From Narcine bancroftii (lineage: Eukaryota): a stretch of DNA of 64,000 bases. Location of the stretch: positions 88,784,001 through 88,848,000 of the forward strand of contig NC_091469.1 in NCBI RefSeq assembly GCF_036971445.1, written 5' to 3'. Below are positions 38,671-51,959 of the stretch, piece after piece. How positions within the stretch are numbered: position 1 is the first letter of the stretch; each line of letters opens with the position of its first letter. The notes beneath the pieces were generated by a model. The model had not been told where the DNA came from. It saw nothing but the letters and a program-made list of their open reading frames with translations, and searched no databases. The position numbers and the translations under genes were made by a program.

Positions 38671-38924
38671 AATAATAATCACACACACATTTGCACTTAC
38701 ATTTTAACCTTTCAACACAAGTGCACTCTTCATAAGAGAAAGTGGTCAGGTAGCCAACAGAATGGGTAAAATAGTTTTCCGTACAAGAACTAATTTGGTG
38801 TTCATTCTCATTTTGCCTCATCTTTTACTCAGACTTCCAGAATAAACAGGATATGAAGAGTAACACTTTTATGTTATTTGGAATTGTTTTTTCAGCTAAT
38901 CCATCAAGATATTAAAGAAAATAT

Positions 38925-39390
38925 TGAAGTTTGTCACCGAATGCTCTTGAAAATTTTAGAGGTGTATCATGGAGAGCACATTGGCTGGTTGGATTGCTGT
39001 CTGGTACAGCGGTGCTAACACTCAGGACAAGAAAAATCTCCACAGGGTGCTTAACTCAGCATGCAAAATCACAGTCTTCACTCCATCAAGGACATCTACA
39101 GGAGGCAGCGACTTAAGAAAGCAACCTCTAACCCAGGCCATGCCCTCTTTATTCTGGTACCATTGGGAAAAAGGTATAGGAGCCTGAAGCCGGGCACTCA
39201 GCAGCACAAGGACAGCTTCTTCTCCTCTGCCATCCGATTCCTGAATGAGCAATGAACCACAGACACAGAATAACTTTGTCTTTTTCTTGCAGCATTTTTA
39301 TTTATTTTGTAAAATGGTTTTTATGAATGTTTGCACTCTGATGCCTCCACAAAACAACAAATTTTGTTGTTTCAGATTCAGATTCTGAAA
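38925..39390 (+). mobile_element. Rex1/Babar-type LINE 3' fragment
   Basis: ESTLAGWIAVWYSG...LHRVLNSA and HSIKDIYRRQRLKKA...SFFSSAIRFLN; (GATTCA)n tail. Confidence 0.85.
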
Positions 39391-41131
39391 ATAACTTCAG
39401 CTATTGTCTCCACACATTAAAGGTCCTCACTCCCTTCATTGTCTTTCTAAACTGGACAGGGATATTCACCAATTAGCCTCTTGATTGATTTCCTTGGATA
39501 ATTAGCTTTCAAATGCACAACAGAACATGACATACCTCTTCAAAGTAACATGCCTTCCCTGAAGAAATTAAATTGACTTTCTGCTAAAAGGGCACAAGGC
39601 ATCTTGTCTGCAGAGTTAATTGCAATTCCAAAAGAAAGTGGGCATAAAGCTCAGAAAGCTTGCCAAGAAAATGCCGAAAATCTTAAAAAGCTCCATTGAT
39701 CATCTCTAATTTTGCTGAGATTAGAAGTTCATGAGTTTTCTTTTGTGTTATACTGAAATTTCAGTGCATAAAACCTATCTACTTGTGGGTCAATTTTCAT
39801 GCAGGAGAATTGTAACATTCCACACATCAAAACTATCATATGTGTATTACAGTCAAATAAACAATGTTAATATCAGCTACTGGTAAATGGAAATTAGATA
39901 CTCTGAGCACTTCAAATAGAAACATGGAACATTACAGCACAGAAAAACAAGCCATTTGATCCTTCTGGTCCGTGCTGACCAATAAAACTAGCTAATCCCA
40001 CTGACCTACTCTCATTCCATATCCCTCCAGACCACACCTATCCATGTATTTATCTATTTTATTTTTAAAGCTCAAGAATGAATCTGCAATCACTATATCA
40101 GATGACAGCTCATTCCACTCTCCCACCCTCTCTGACTAAAAAACTTTCCCCTAATGCTCCCCTTATATCTCTCCCCTTTCAGCCTAAAGCTATGACTTCT
40201 CATATTTACCTCCCCCAATTGAAGTGGAAACGTCCTACTCACATCTACTCTGCCTATACCCTTCATAATCTTATAGAGTACTATCAAGTCTCCCCTCATT
40301 CTTCATTCCACGGAGTATAGTCCTGTTTAATCTTTCCTGGTAATTCAACTCCTGAAGACCCGAAAACATCTTAGGAAATCTTCTCTGCCCTCTTTCAATC
40401 TTACTGATCTCTTTCCTGCTGCTGGATGAACAGAACTGCACACAATATTCTAAATGTAGCCTCATCAATGACTTGAATATCTTCAACATAACATTCCAAC
40501 TTCTATACTCAATACTTTGATTTATAAAGGCTAAGATGAAAATACTTTCTTTATAACCCTGTCCACATGTGACACCACCTTCAGGGAGCAATGTATATGT
40601 ATTCCCAGATCTCTTTACTCCTCCACACTCTTCAATGGCCTACCATTTACTGTGTTCATTCGACCCTGATTCGCTCTTCCAAATTGCAACACCGACACCT
40701 ATCTGCAATAAATTCCATCAGCCATTTACTGGCCCAATTTTCCAGCTGGTCCAGATCCCTCTGAAAGCTTTGAGAATCTTCCTCACAGTCCACTATGTTT
40801 GTGTCATCAGCAAACATGCTGATCCAATTCACCACGTTATCATCTAGGTCATTTATATAGATAACAAACAATAATAAGCCCCCCCCAACACAGATCCTTG
40901 AGTCACACCACTCGACACAGACCTCAAGTCTAAGAAGCAACCATCCACCACCACTCTCTGCTTTCTTCCACCAAGCCAATTTCGAATCCACTTTGCAACC
41001 TCACTATGAATACTTAGTGTCCTAACCTTTTGAACTAACCTCTCATGTAGAACCTTGTCAAAGACTTTACTAAAGTCCATATAAACAACATCCACAGCCT
41101 TTTCCTCATCAACCTTCTTGGTAACTTCTTC

Positions 41132-42040
41132 TGTTATGCAGTCCAGCAGCAAATGGGAGGCACATGAATGAATGAGTTAAATTTAACACAAAATTTATTA
41201 ACCAAACTAGCAATAATAGAATTATCTTAAACTTAACACCTGAACACCAGCCTTAATGGCAACTCTATATCAACAACAGTGTATATGGAAAAAAAAACAG
41301 ACCATTACAGTCCAGGCTGAAATGCCCCAAAAATCAACAAAATTCCCAAAAATCACCAAAATTCCCAAAAATAAACCACAAAAGCAAAGCCCCCAACATC
41401 AGTCATGTCAAATCTGTCAGGGGAACACAATACTGCCTTGGGGTTTGAATAGGCTACCACTGCCCTTCACTTCCTTTATCCGGGAATGTGCACAATGACC
41501 TCCTGGTCACTATATGAGGTTCACGCCTCTGAAGCGCCCTTCTGGCATGCAAGCCCTCTTCTTTGGACACCTTGTCCTGAGTGGTCTGGTGAACCTCCAA
41601 AGCCCTCCTTAGGGTTCACAACTGCCCTTCTGGCACATGAGTCCTCTTCCTTCAAAGGGGACAGGAGAAGCACTAGTTAGTCCCGCACACTCCACCAACG
41701 AATCCTCTCCTGAACTAACAATCTGGGTTTTTTAAGCTACCCAGCGCTGCCTGCAGCTTTCCCCATTGGTGGAGAGGTTAGCAGCTGCAGGCTTGCTCTC
41801 ATGCGAGCCCATGGATTTCTAGTGTTAGTGTGTGGTTCCAAAGCTTAGATAGCTGTCAAAATTTCCTAGTGGAAACTTAGCATTACGACAGCTCCGAGCA
41901 GCTGTCAAATGCCCCATAGCAAGTTCAGACCTTTGACTGCTGTCAAAGTCCCCTAGTGGTAGCTTAGTGTTACTACAGCTGTCAAATCACCTGCAGTAAG
42001 TTCAGTCCTGTCAAAAAACTAAATAGTCAAGTCCATTACA
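41132..42040 (-). mobile_element. Solo LTR nested in CR1
   Basis: TGT...ACA termini; 4-bp flanks CTTC/CCTC; on the minus strand CCAAT (~41765), a TATA-like TTAAAAAA (~41730) and AATAAA (~41195) lie in LTR order; U3-like tandem repeats at 41850-42015. Confidence 0.75.
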
Positions 42041-42478
42041 CCTCACAAAAAAAAACTACAAGATTTGTTAAACATGACCTACCGTGCATAAATCCACACT
42101 GACTGTCCTTAATCAGCTGATTAATATCTATATATCCCATCTCGCGTAAATCCTTCAAATAATTGACATCAGACTCAACTGGCCTAAAATTGCCTGGTTT
42201 ACATTTAGACTCCTTCTTAAATAGCAGGACAAAATGAGCTACTCTCCAATCCTCTAGCACCTCCCCTGTGACTAAGGACATTTTGATTATATCCACCACA
42301 GGCCCTGCAATTTCAGCAGGTCTCCCGCAAGGTGCGGAGGAATATCATATCTGGTCCAGGGGATTTGTCCTTTTACAAGACAGCAAACATCTCCTTCTTC
42401 TTAAACTCCATATGTTCCATGACACCTCTATTTGTTTCCCTTCCACTCTTATTCACTGTGCCAGTTTCCTGAGTAAAT

Positions 42479-42827
42479 CTTTTCTCTTTGGCTTGGCTTT
42501 GCGGACGAAGATTTATGGAGGGGGTAAATGTCGACGTCAGCTGCAGGCTCGTTTGTGGCTGACAAGTCCGATGCAGGACAGGCAGACATGGCTGCAGCGG
42601 TTGCAGGGGAAAATTGGTTGGTTGGGGTTGGGTGTTGGGTTTTTCCTCCTTTGCCTTTTGTCAGTGAGGTGGGCTCTGCGGTCTTCTTCAAAGGAGGTTG
42701 CTGCCCGCCAAACTGTGAGGCGCCAAGATGCACGGTTTGAGGCGATATCAGCCCACTGGCAGTGGTCAATGTGGCAGGCACCAAGAGATTTCTTTAGGCA
42801 GTCCTTGTACCTTTCCTTTGGTGCACC
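42479..42827 (-). mobile_element. RTE LINE 3' fragment nested in CR1
   Basis: GAPKERYKDCLKKSLGACHIDH...SHKRACS; slightly more diverged than the other copies; no clear TSD. Confidence 0.93.
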
Positions 42828-43428
42828 GATGCAAAAAATATCACCCCCACTTAGTTGACTACTCTTCTTTTCTTGGGGTCCAATTTTATCCCTTACTATG
42901 CTTTCATTCTTAATATACTTGTAGAAACACTGTGGATTTTCCTTTGCATTATCTGCCAAATCACCTTCATATCTTTTTTTTTTTGCTTTCCTAATTTCCT
43001 TCTTAAGCATTCTGTTTCTATTTCTATACTTTCCAAGTAGATAATTTGCTCCTTTTCTTAACCAGCTTTCCAATATCCCTTGAAAACTAAGGTCCTCTAT
43101 GTCTGTTAACTTTGCCCTTATTCCTGGTAAGAAAATGCAATCTCGGCAATCGCCTGAAACATTAACTGTTTCTCTTTCTACAGATACTGCCTGACTTGAG
43201 TATTTCCAGGATTTTCTCTTGCTTTTATGAGACTGGACAACAATTTTTTTTTTCAAAATAATTTCAGATTTGTTGTATCACGTAGGAAGTTGAAGAAACA
43301 TTAAATTAACTTTTATTGAATTTAGCATGTTTAATCACATAATGGAGCTGACACATTGCATTCGTTCAACTGACCTTTTGGTACTGATTTTCTTTTGTAC
43401 TTGGAATATGATGCCTCTTGTGTCCCCA

Positions 43429-43818
43429 GGCCCTTTTAAATTGCCTTGTAAAACGGGGTTAACCAGACAATTCCCTAGGTTGAAGACCCAGGCTATTTGA
43501 AAGGGCCAAACTAGGCAAGCCCAGTCAAAATCCATCCAGGTGCCAGACTTACCTCAGAGGTGGTCAGGAAACCAAGTAAAACTTACTTGGGTGTTCTCCT
43601 CTGCCTATTTGAAAGGGGAAATGACTCATCTGGTTACTCTGGAACTTTAAACCAAAAGGGGACATAAAGATCTCAGGCAGAATCCCCCTTAAATTGCTGG
43701 GTTAGTGATTTAACAGGTAGGTTAGGCTGCTATTTGAAAGGTTCAGGAGGCACACTCAACCCAATAATCTCATCCGGAGCCCACGAGGGCTACCCTGGTG
43801 CTGCAATTTGAAAGTGCT
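43429..43818. mobile_element. PIF/Harbinger-like MITE
   Basis: Imperfect TIRs GGCCCTTTTAAATTGC and GCAATTTGAAAGTGCT; internal CTATTTGAAAGG repeated at 43493, 43605 and 43730. Confidence 0.55.
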
Positions 43819-44024
43819 TAGTGTCCCTCAATAATCAGAGGCTTTGATGGATTCCAGTTGCCCTGATACTGCTTTTGCATGATCACAATGTTCTGGTTCA
43901 TCACTGACTGCACCAAGATCACCAGGGAAGAAGTCCAAGAGCGAATGCAGAAAATGAATTTTCGATGACATGTCGCACCTGTCCTGGAACCTCCATGATG
44001 ATGCAATCACAAAGTAGGCTCGCC

Positions 44025-44760
44025 AATGGCTATACTTCGTGAGGTGTTTGCAGAGATTCGGAATGTCACCAAAGACTCTCCGACGCTTCTACATGTGTAC
44101 TGTTGAGAGCATTTTGGCTGGTTGTATCACTGTCTGGTATAATGGCACCAACGTTCAGGACAAGTAAACAACTCCAGAGGGCTGTTAACTCGGTTCGCGA
44201 CAACATGGGCACCAGACTTCACTCCATCGCGGACATCTACAAGAGGTGTTGTCTTAAGAAAGTAGCCTCTATCCTCAAAAACCCCCACCATCCAGTCCAT
44301 TCCCTCTTTACTTTGATATCATCAGGAAAAAGTTATAGGAGCCTGAAGATGAGCAGTCAGTGGCATAAGGACAGCTTCTTCCCTGCTGCCATCAGATTCC
44401 TGAACCAAAGACACTGCCTTACTTTGCTTGACCTCCACATTCCAATGACCCTGATGATCTCATCTTGTCCATCGTATCTGAGGATGACGTAAACTCTGTT
44501 TTCAGTAGAGTGAATCTGAGGAAAGCATCTGGCTTGGACGGAGAACCTGACCGAGTATTAAAAATCTGTGCTGACAAACTTACCAATGTATTCACGGATA
44601 TCTTCAATATCTCACTCCAGCAGGGTGTGCTACACACCTGTTTCAAACAGGCAACAATCATAGAGGTGCCCGAGAAGAGTGTCAAAACCTGTCTTAATGA
44701 CTATCGACCAGCAGCAGCTACATCAGCAGTGATTAAATATTTTGGAAAGGCTGGTGTTGA
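44025..44760 (+). mobile_element. Rex1/Babar-type LINE fragments (C-terminal part, then a more upstream RT part)
   Basis: LQRAVNS...CLKKVASILKNPHHP...SFFPAAIRFLN, followed by SEDDV...RKASGLDG...VFTDIFNISL...CLNDYRP. Confidence 0.85.
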
Positions 44761-45489
44761 CAGGCCGCATTAAGCTCATGTGAGGCCTGCAGCATATGTT
44801 ATAAACGGGCCCTATTTTTTTTAAAAATCACATAAATATTAAAACAGCTAGTTTATCTAAAGACATATAAGCTCCATGAACTATATTAAACTGTATTCAA
44901 GAATGGTGTGCACAAAATGAAGTATTAACTAATCTCATAAATCTTCCCCATGTTTCTGGAGATAATGTTAATTGAAGTTCCAATTCCCACGTTTGTTGAA
45001 ACTTATCCATGGGAAATAAAATCTATATGAATATTTTCACTGTGATGCTGCCACAAAATAACAAATTTTGTCACTTGCTCATGATAATAAATTCTGATTG
45101 GTTTTGATTTTTTTCATACAATCTCTGCAGAAGTGAATTTTTCCACTCACAAGATAAACTATTTCTTCTTAATTTCCAATGTTACACCAACGGACTATAT
45201 TGTTTCCCTCCCACAAATGAAAGTTACAATATGTCAAAATTTTACACAACATTAAAGATCATTAATGGAGAAAAAGTGATGTTTAAAGAAGTGCAAGATT
45301 TAACAACAGTACACACCATCACTGGTTTGCTCTCCGTTTGACAAACAGCAGAGGTCGATGCACAATCCACCAACCAATGTTGAACTTGGTATTCAAGTAG
45401 ACTTGAAATCGAGCAACGGCCCTTGGAGATCTGATGAAACATGCCCATTTACTGCATCCCCGCACCTTGATTATTCTAATTATGAAAGT

Positions 45490-47400
45490 AAGCTATAAAT
45501 AGACCCAAAGTCTTATCAATAGAGATCTAAATCTTCCTAACATTTTGTTTGATTTTTTTTTCCAAACTTGGAAAGAACATAATATCTAGTAACCATTTTC
45601 TTTTTTCCATTTAAGCAATATTCCTCTTCAAGCCAGTAATGTAGAAAATGCTAAGACCTGTTTTTGGTTAGATGTTAAATATATATTTACATCACGAGAA
45701 GCTAAACATTGCAATCAACGGACATGGATCTAGATTGATCCCAAAAATAGCCAAAAATGTTCTGGAAATAGCTGTCCAATATTCTGCTAAATTGGAACAA
45801 AACCAAGGCATATGAATCAAAGAGGCTTCAAATGTCTTACATTTGTCACACAATGAGTTGATATCTGGGTAGATTTGAGTGAGCTTAACTTGAGAAGAAT
45901 GCACTCTATGCACCACTTTAAATTGAATCAAACTGTGCCTCACGCATAGAGATGAATCATGGATAAGAGCCAAAATTGAAATCCTATCTTCTTCTGAAAT
46001 AGACATATTAAGATCATTCTCCCATTCAGTTTTCATTTTAATTAAAGAGGCTGTTTTTAAATTCATTATTTTATAATATAAGGCAGATATTATACCTTTA
46101 TGTACAAATTGTAATCCAAACATTCGTCTTTGAAATTCAGATCCAGAAGAAATGGAAACACTGAGTTTAGAACAAATAAAATGTGAAATTAAATAGTACA
46201 TTAAAAAATATCTGTTTGGCAGATTAAATGTCAACCTCAATGGTTGAAAAGGTGTAAAATTTTGTTAACTAGAAAGATCGTTAGAAGTTTTAATTCCCAG
46301 CCATTCTTCATAGTTTGCATCTAAAATGGTGGGATGGAAGAAATGACTGAGTGGAATAGGACTAGTAAAATTAATTCCCATAATTACAAAAAATATATAA
46401 ATTGAATTCAAATCTTCAATCTATGTCTCATTATTAAATTCTTTGTTAGTTTTGAATCAAACCATCCATAAGGAATTATTCTTAAGGGACTTCAATTCTG
46501 TTTCCATTCAATTGGGGCAGTCATCTCTATGACCAAATGGAAAGAATAATGACATATTCCTTATATTCATTGCCCAACAATAAAATATAATATTAGATAA
46601 TGACAGTCCTCCATCATTTCTTGTGTTCTGAATATAACTTTTATTTATTCATGATTTCTTTCCTTGACATGTATATGACATAGTAGATTATTCCAATGTG
46701 TCAAAGAAAGAAATAAAAATTGGTAATGATTGAAATAAATATAATTTTTTTGTTAAATACTATTTTTTATCAAATTCATATGGCCTATTAGAGTGAGGGA
46801 AAGTGGTGATCATCCAGAGAGTATTGTTTTAGTCTGATTAAATAAAACTACAAAGTTTTCTTTAAAGAGGATTTGAAAATCCTTGGTTATCATAATACCG
46901 AGACATTTACTTTGATATTTCACTATTTTAAAAGGATAATTAGAAGATAGAGTATGTGGGCCTTTTAGTGGTGATTGTTCACTCTTCCGCAGATTAAGTT
47001 TATATCCTGCGAATTTCCTAAAACATGTAAGTTACGACAATATGTTTGGTATGTATACCTCTGGAGTGAACACAAAAAGTAAAAGGCCATCTGCATATAG
47101 AGATAACCTATGTTCAATAGATCCTCTCAACAAGTCTCTAAAATCTTCATTTTCTCAGATAGCAATAGCTCGGGGCTCAACCACTAAATCAAAAAGCAGA
47201 GGGCTTAGGGGAGCCACCCTGTCCCATGCCTCATTATAATTGTAAAAACTTTGATTATTGAGAATTACTACGAATTTATACTATTGGAGACGCATATAAA
47301 AGTTTTATCTATTGAATGAATTTGGTCCAAAATTAAATTTTACTCAAGTGGCAAATAGGAATTTCCCAATCTACTCTCTCAAACACTTTTTCAGTATATT
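45490..47400 (-). mobile_element. L1 LINE ORF2, degenerate
   Basis: Minus strand has PLSPLLFDLVVEP and SLYADGLLLF (RT) and WENDL...QFKVVHR...CDKC...LIHMPWFC (Cys-rich C-terminus). Confidence 0.85.
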
Positions 47401-47538
47401 TTGTATTTCTATACTGCTTCCATTAAGGTTGCAGTTTACATGGGGATGTGCTTTTCCCTTCAGAAGGAAAGCCTTCATATTGCAGATGTATCTATCATCC
47501 ACCACCAACTCTTAGTACTTAACTCAATCAATATTCTT

Positions 47539-48927
47539 TTTTTTAATATTTTATTTATAATTTTAAGTCATATGACATTAATTGTAACCTATTGATACAA
47601 ATATCATATAATTAAATAAAATCCCCCCCAACATCCCTCATCTATCCAACTAACACCCTCCCTCCTCCCCTACCCAGCTAAAAAGAAAGAAGAAAGGAGA
47701 TCCTCACTGAGGCCGATAATAATCAACTTTTTTAGCTGTGGAAACTGAGATTTCCACCAGAGCAGACCAGGAGATTAAATTTTCATATCAAGAGTTTTTA
47801 AACATGCGCTCTATACTTTTACAAAAAAATGACATTTATCCCTCAAATTATACATTATATTTTCTAGAGGAATACAGAATTTCATTTCAGTATGCCATCT
47901 TTGCATTTCTAAAACTAAATCAGATTTCCAAGTAACAGCCAAACATTTTTTAGAAACAGTGAAAGCCAAACGTAAAAATTCAATTTGGTACAAAGTCATT
48001 CTCAACCTTAAAAAAATTGACTTAATGTTCCCTATTAAAACTAATATTGGATCAAACAGTAAACTTATTTTAATAATTGCTCCAGAAACAATTTAACGTG
48101 TATCCAAAAATCTCTAACTGTAGAACAAGTCCATGTCGAATGAAAAAAGTTCCTATTTCTTGTCCAAATTTGAAGAAATTAATTCAAATTTATTTAATTT
48201 CTGAGGGGTTAAATACAATTGATGTAAAATTTATATTGTACGAATCTATCTCATATATTTATAACCTTAATCATACTTTCCTTACCTATGTTTCTCAAAA
48301 CATTTTCATCTATCTTTCTATTTAAATCAAGTTCCCATTTCATTCTTGATTTATAAACATTCAATGTAGGCATTTTATTTTGTAATAACTTGTACATCTC
48401 AGAAATAAATTTATTTGTTTCTTTCTCAGTGAGCAATAATTCTAAAGCAGATTGTCTAGGTAATTTTAAACTATGACCTAATTTATCCAATAAAAAAGTT
48501 TTAACCTGATAATAACAAAAAAAAGTATTACTGGGAACTTAAAACTTCTCCTTCAATCAATTGAAAGATTAAAAACTTCCCTGCTTCAAAACAATCTTCA
48601 GCTTTTTTAACTCCCAATTGATTCCATATTTAAAAAAACTGACTATTTACAGTAAAATGAAAATAGTTTGTTTTGATATAGAGGCATTTTCGCTGAGATC
48701 TTCCTTTCCCTTTCCATCTATCTGATAATCAATTTTATTCCATTTTACAATTAAATGTTTCAAAATTGGTACATCTTACCAATTAATAATTTTAAATTCC
48801 ACTTATAAATAAATTCAGTCGTAGACTTCTCATCAATTTTATCTAACTCTATATTCACCCAAATTGAAGATTTACTTAAATCAAACATTGCATTAATAAA
48901 TTTCAATTGAGCAGCCTTATAATAATT
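47539..48927 (-). mobile_element. L1 LINE 3' part, degenerate (second family)
   Basis: KWELDLN and AKKCLAVTWKS...CIPLENIMYNLR-type remnants; poly(A) at ~47540; 16-bp TSD with 2 mismatches, CTCAATCAATATTCTT (47523-47538) and CTCAATAGATATTCTT (48928-48943). Confidence 0.85.
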
Positions 48928-49619
48928 CTCAATAGATATTCTTCATATCTTCTTTGTTCCTGTTTCTCATTGCAAGGCAAATCTAAGTCATGTTTTGACA
49001 TTTCAATTCAATAATAAAGTTAGAGCTTCACCTAATTGAAACAGCCCTTGGGAAGATAACGAAGATGAATAAAAACCACAAATACAGGGATGTTGCACTT
49101 TTGCTGGAGGAATTGTTTATTTTGAACTCTTCACACATGTGACAATTTTTCCCCACAATTGGAGCAGATGAATGCATATCCACAAAAATGATTGTTGAAC
49201 TCTTCAGAGGATGAAAAGCTCTTGGAAGATTAAAAATTGTGACAATGCACAATATGCACTGTCCACAAAGTTAAAAAGCAGAACATTAATACACTGAACC
49301 TTCAGAACAAGTTAGCATCATGTTCTCAACACAATACAATTTTTCTCTGAAACAGGTTTTCAGATTGTCAGATTCTCAAGATGCACAATATTGTATTGTG
49401 CAGAGGGCAAGGAATGAATCCAGAAGTATGACAAAGAGAAGCTACAGAAACCCAAACTCCATAATTCCACCAGAACTGAGTATTAGAAATTTATTAAGAC
49501 TTCAACAGAAAACATTTGCCAAAATTTGAATTTCCTAACAGCTTAACAAATAAATTGCAATTCTTAAATTTTTGGACCAAATAAAACAAATCTCCGTGGC
49601 TGTACTGTGGTTTCTCTAC

Positions 49620-50135
49620 CAGTATACCAAAGACTTCAGCAGGTGCACCTGGAATACTGGTCACAGTTCTGTTCTCCTTACTTCAGAAAGGATACACTGG
49701 CTTTGGAGGCAGTGCGAAGAATGTTCATCTCCAGAGGAGAGATTGAATAGCCTGGGGCACAACTCATTGGAGTTGAGAAGGATGAGCAAAGATTTCATAT
49801 AAAATTATGAAAGAAACAGATATGATCAAAGCTGGGCGCTGGCTTCAACTGGCATGAGATGGCAACTAAGGGTCATAGGCTCAAAGTTTGAGGAAGTAGA
49901 TTTAAGCCGGAAAAGGAGAAACTGCTTCTTCCAGAGATTCATGGATCTATGGAATAGCCTGCCCAAGGAAGCAGCAGCAGTTGTCTCATTGACTGTGTAA
50001 AAGACACAGATGGATAGATTTTTGAATAGGAGAATGAGGGTTATAGGGAGGAGATGGACTCCACCGCCAACTCAGCCATGAGCTTAATGAATGGTGGACC
50101 TGGCTCAACAGGCCAGATGGTGACTTCTCTTGTTA
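49620..50135 (+). mobile_element. CR1 LINE 3' fragment, old
   Basis: RCTWNTGHSS...EERLNSLG..SLELRRM remnant plus a CR1-type 3' UTR. Confidence 0.7.
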
Positions 50136-50699
50136 TTTCTATTGTCATGTCCTTATTTCAGCCAATACTTGAATTCAGTCTATGGTTATGTAAAACAGAT
50201 AACAACTTGCACTGATGTGGAATCTTTTCAGGTTGTTCAGAAATATCTCAAAGTGCTTCGCACAAAAATATATCACTTTAAAAGTGCAACAATAAGATGC
50301 ATATGGAAATGAGTCATTGTTTACTCAACCACAAGAAGCAAACAGAAAAACAATCTCTATTGGATAGTGTTTATTCACAAAACCACAGTAGCCCAAAAGA
50401 TTACTGCAGAGAGTGATGCAATTATACACATCCAGTACAATTTTATCAATGCACAGCCTGCTTCTAGAAATAGAACTGCTATTTTGCACAATTTAAAAGA
50501 TGCACATTTTTTTTCAGTCACACATCTGCTGCTCTATGTTGGATTCAGCTGCAGAAGTAGTTTTTAAACAAAGGGTTAAGACCTGCTTCCTCAGTGTATC
50601 ACGTAGCCTCCTGGCTTGGCCGGATACCAAAGAGTTGTGCAGCAAAGGATAGAAAATGATGCGTTTGATCTTCACACTATGAGAGACCACCCCTATCTT

Positions 50700-51858
50700 T
50701 TTTTTTAAATTTTTCACACTATGAACCATACTGACCAAAATACACACAAACATTTCCCTCTTGAATATACACAGTGTTATTTTGTCCCCGTTTCCCCCCT
50801 CCCTTCCCTCCCTCCCCTCCCCACCCACTCAACGTTTAACATATATGATACATTAAACAATGTCATCACACAATGAAAATAAACAAGAAATTTGTGTCTT
50901 CTACTTTTACATATTGGGTCAGTTCATTTCGTCTTCTCCTCCTTCTGTCATTTTAGGTGGTGGAGGTCCGCGGTAGGACTTCTCTGTTGTGTTCCATGTA
51001 CGGTTCCCAAATTTGTTTGAATACTGTGATGTTATTTCTTAAATTATATGTTATTTTTTCCAATGGAATACATTTATTCATTTCTATGTACTATTGCTGT
51101 ATTCTCAGACTATCTTCTAATTTCCAGGTTGACATAATACATTTTTTTGCTACAGCTAAGGCTATCATAATAAATATTTTTTGTGCTCCATCCTTTCACA
51201 ATAATCTTTCCTTTAGAGAATGGGAGAGAAAAAGGATCAAAAGAATAGAAAATTGTTTTTCGGGAAATAAATTATTATCTTTTGAACAAATGAAGGACAA
51301 ATATGGTATAACTCACAGGACAATGTTTGCATACCACCAACTGAAAACCTACTTGAAGGACAAATTGGGAAGCAGGCTGAGGTTACCAGAAGGAAGCAGC
51401 TTTGAATATGTGATTACAGACACAATGATAATTAAAAGATTTATAACAAATATGTACATCAAACTGCAAGAGAAAGAGAATGAGGAAACAAGCTGTAAAC
51501 CCAAACAAAAATGGGAACAAGATCTAAACATAAAGATAAAGAATGAAACATGGGAAAAGCTATGCTCCGGATACTATGAGAAATACAATAAACACGAGGT
51601 TACGCATGATACAATATAATTGGTTACACAGGCTATACACCATGCCCCAAAGGTTAAATAAATGGGACCCAACAGTATCAGACAGATATTTTCGCTGTAA
51701 GAAGGAAATGGGAACAACAGTACATGCAATTTGGGCACGTGAGAAAGTGGAAAAATTTTGGGAAGATCTAAACCAGGTATTAAATAAAATCACAAAAAGC
51801 AACATACCAAAAAATCCAGAGATCTTTCTTCTAAGTAATATAAGAAGTAAAGAACTTG
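50700..51858 (-). mobile_element. L1 LINE insertion, 5'-truncated and 5'-inverted
   Basis: 15-bp TSD GACCACCCCTATCTT (50685-50699 and 51859-51873). Segment 50700-51193 on minus holds the ORF2 end DGAQKIFIMIALAVAKKCIMSTWK...WEPYM..., the 3' UTR and poly(A). Segment ~51190-51858 on plus holds the preceding ORF2 part, ending NPEIFLLSNIRSKELG. Confidence 0.92.
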
Positions 51859-51959
51859 GACCACCCCTATCTTGAAGTCTGTACCCACTCTTACTGATGT
51901 CCTGTCTTAGAAAGGTTTTCTGGATTTTTACTGCTTCCTGCTATTCAAAAGCAAACTAG

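Larger units (their letters stand above)
39915..43130 (-). mobile_element. CR1 LINE, degenerate, hosting a nested solo LTR and an RTE fragment
   Basis: ORF remnants VYMDFSKVFDKVLH, GVTQGSVLG, FADD, GNFRPV and RSCLTNL; the sequence is continuous across both nested insertions. Confidence 0.9.

Noticed and set aside
42537-43256. 239-aa chimeric ORF joining CR1 and RTE peptides
   Set aside because: Chance in-frame junction from an RTE fragment nested in a decayed CR1; no promoter or splice evidence.
43493-43818. Spaced ATTTGAAAG repeats resembling CRISPR repeat ends
   Set aside because: Only 9-12 bp, irregular spacing (112, 125 and ~74 bp), no cas genes and a vertebrate context; better explained as internal motifs of a Harbinger-like MITE.
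50671-50724. 12-bp match (TTCACACTATGA) between the target flank and the L1 3' end, suggesting sequence-specific targeting
   Set aside because: Single instance and offset from the nick site; cannot be separated from chance without other insertion sites.
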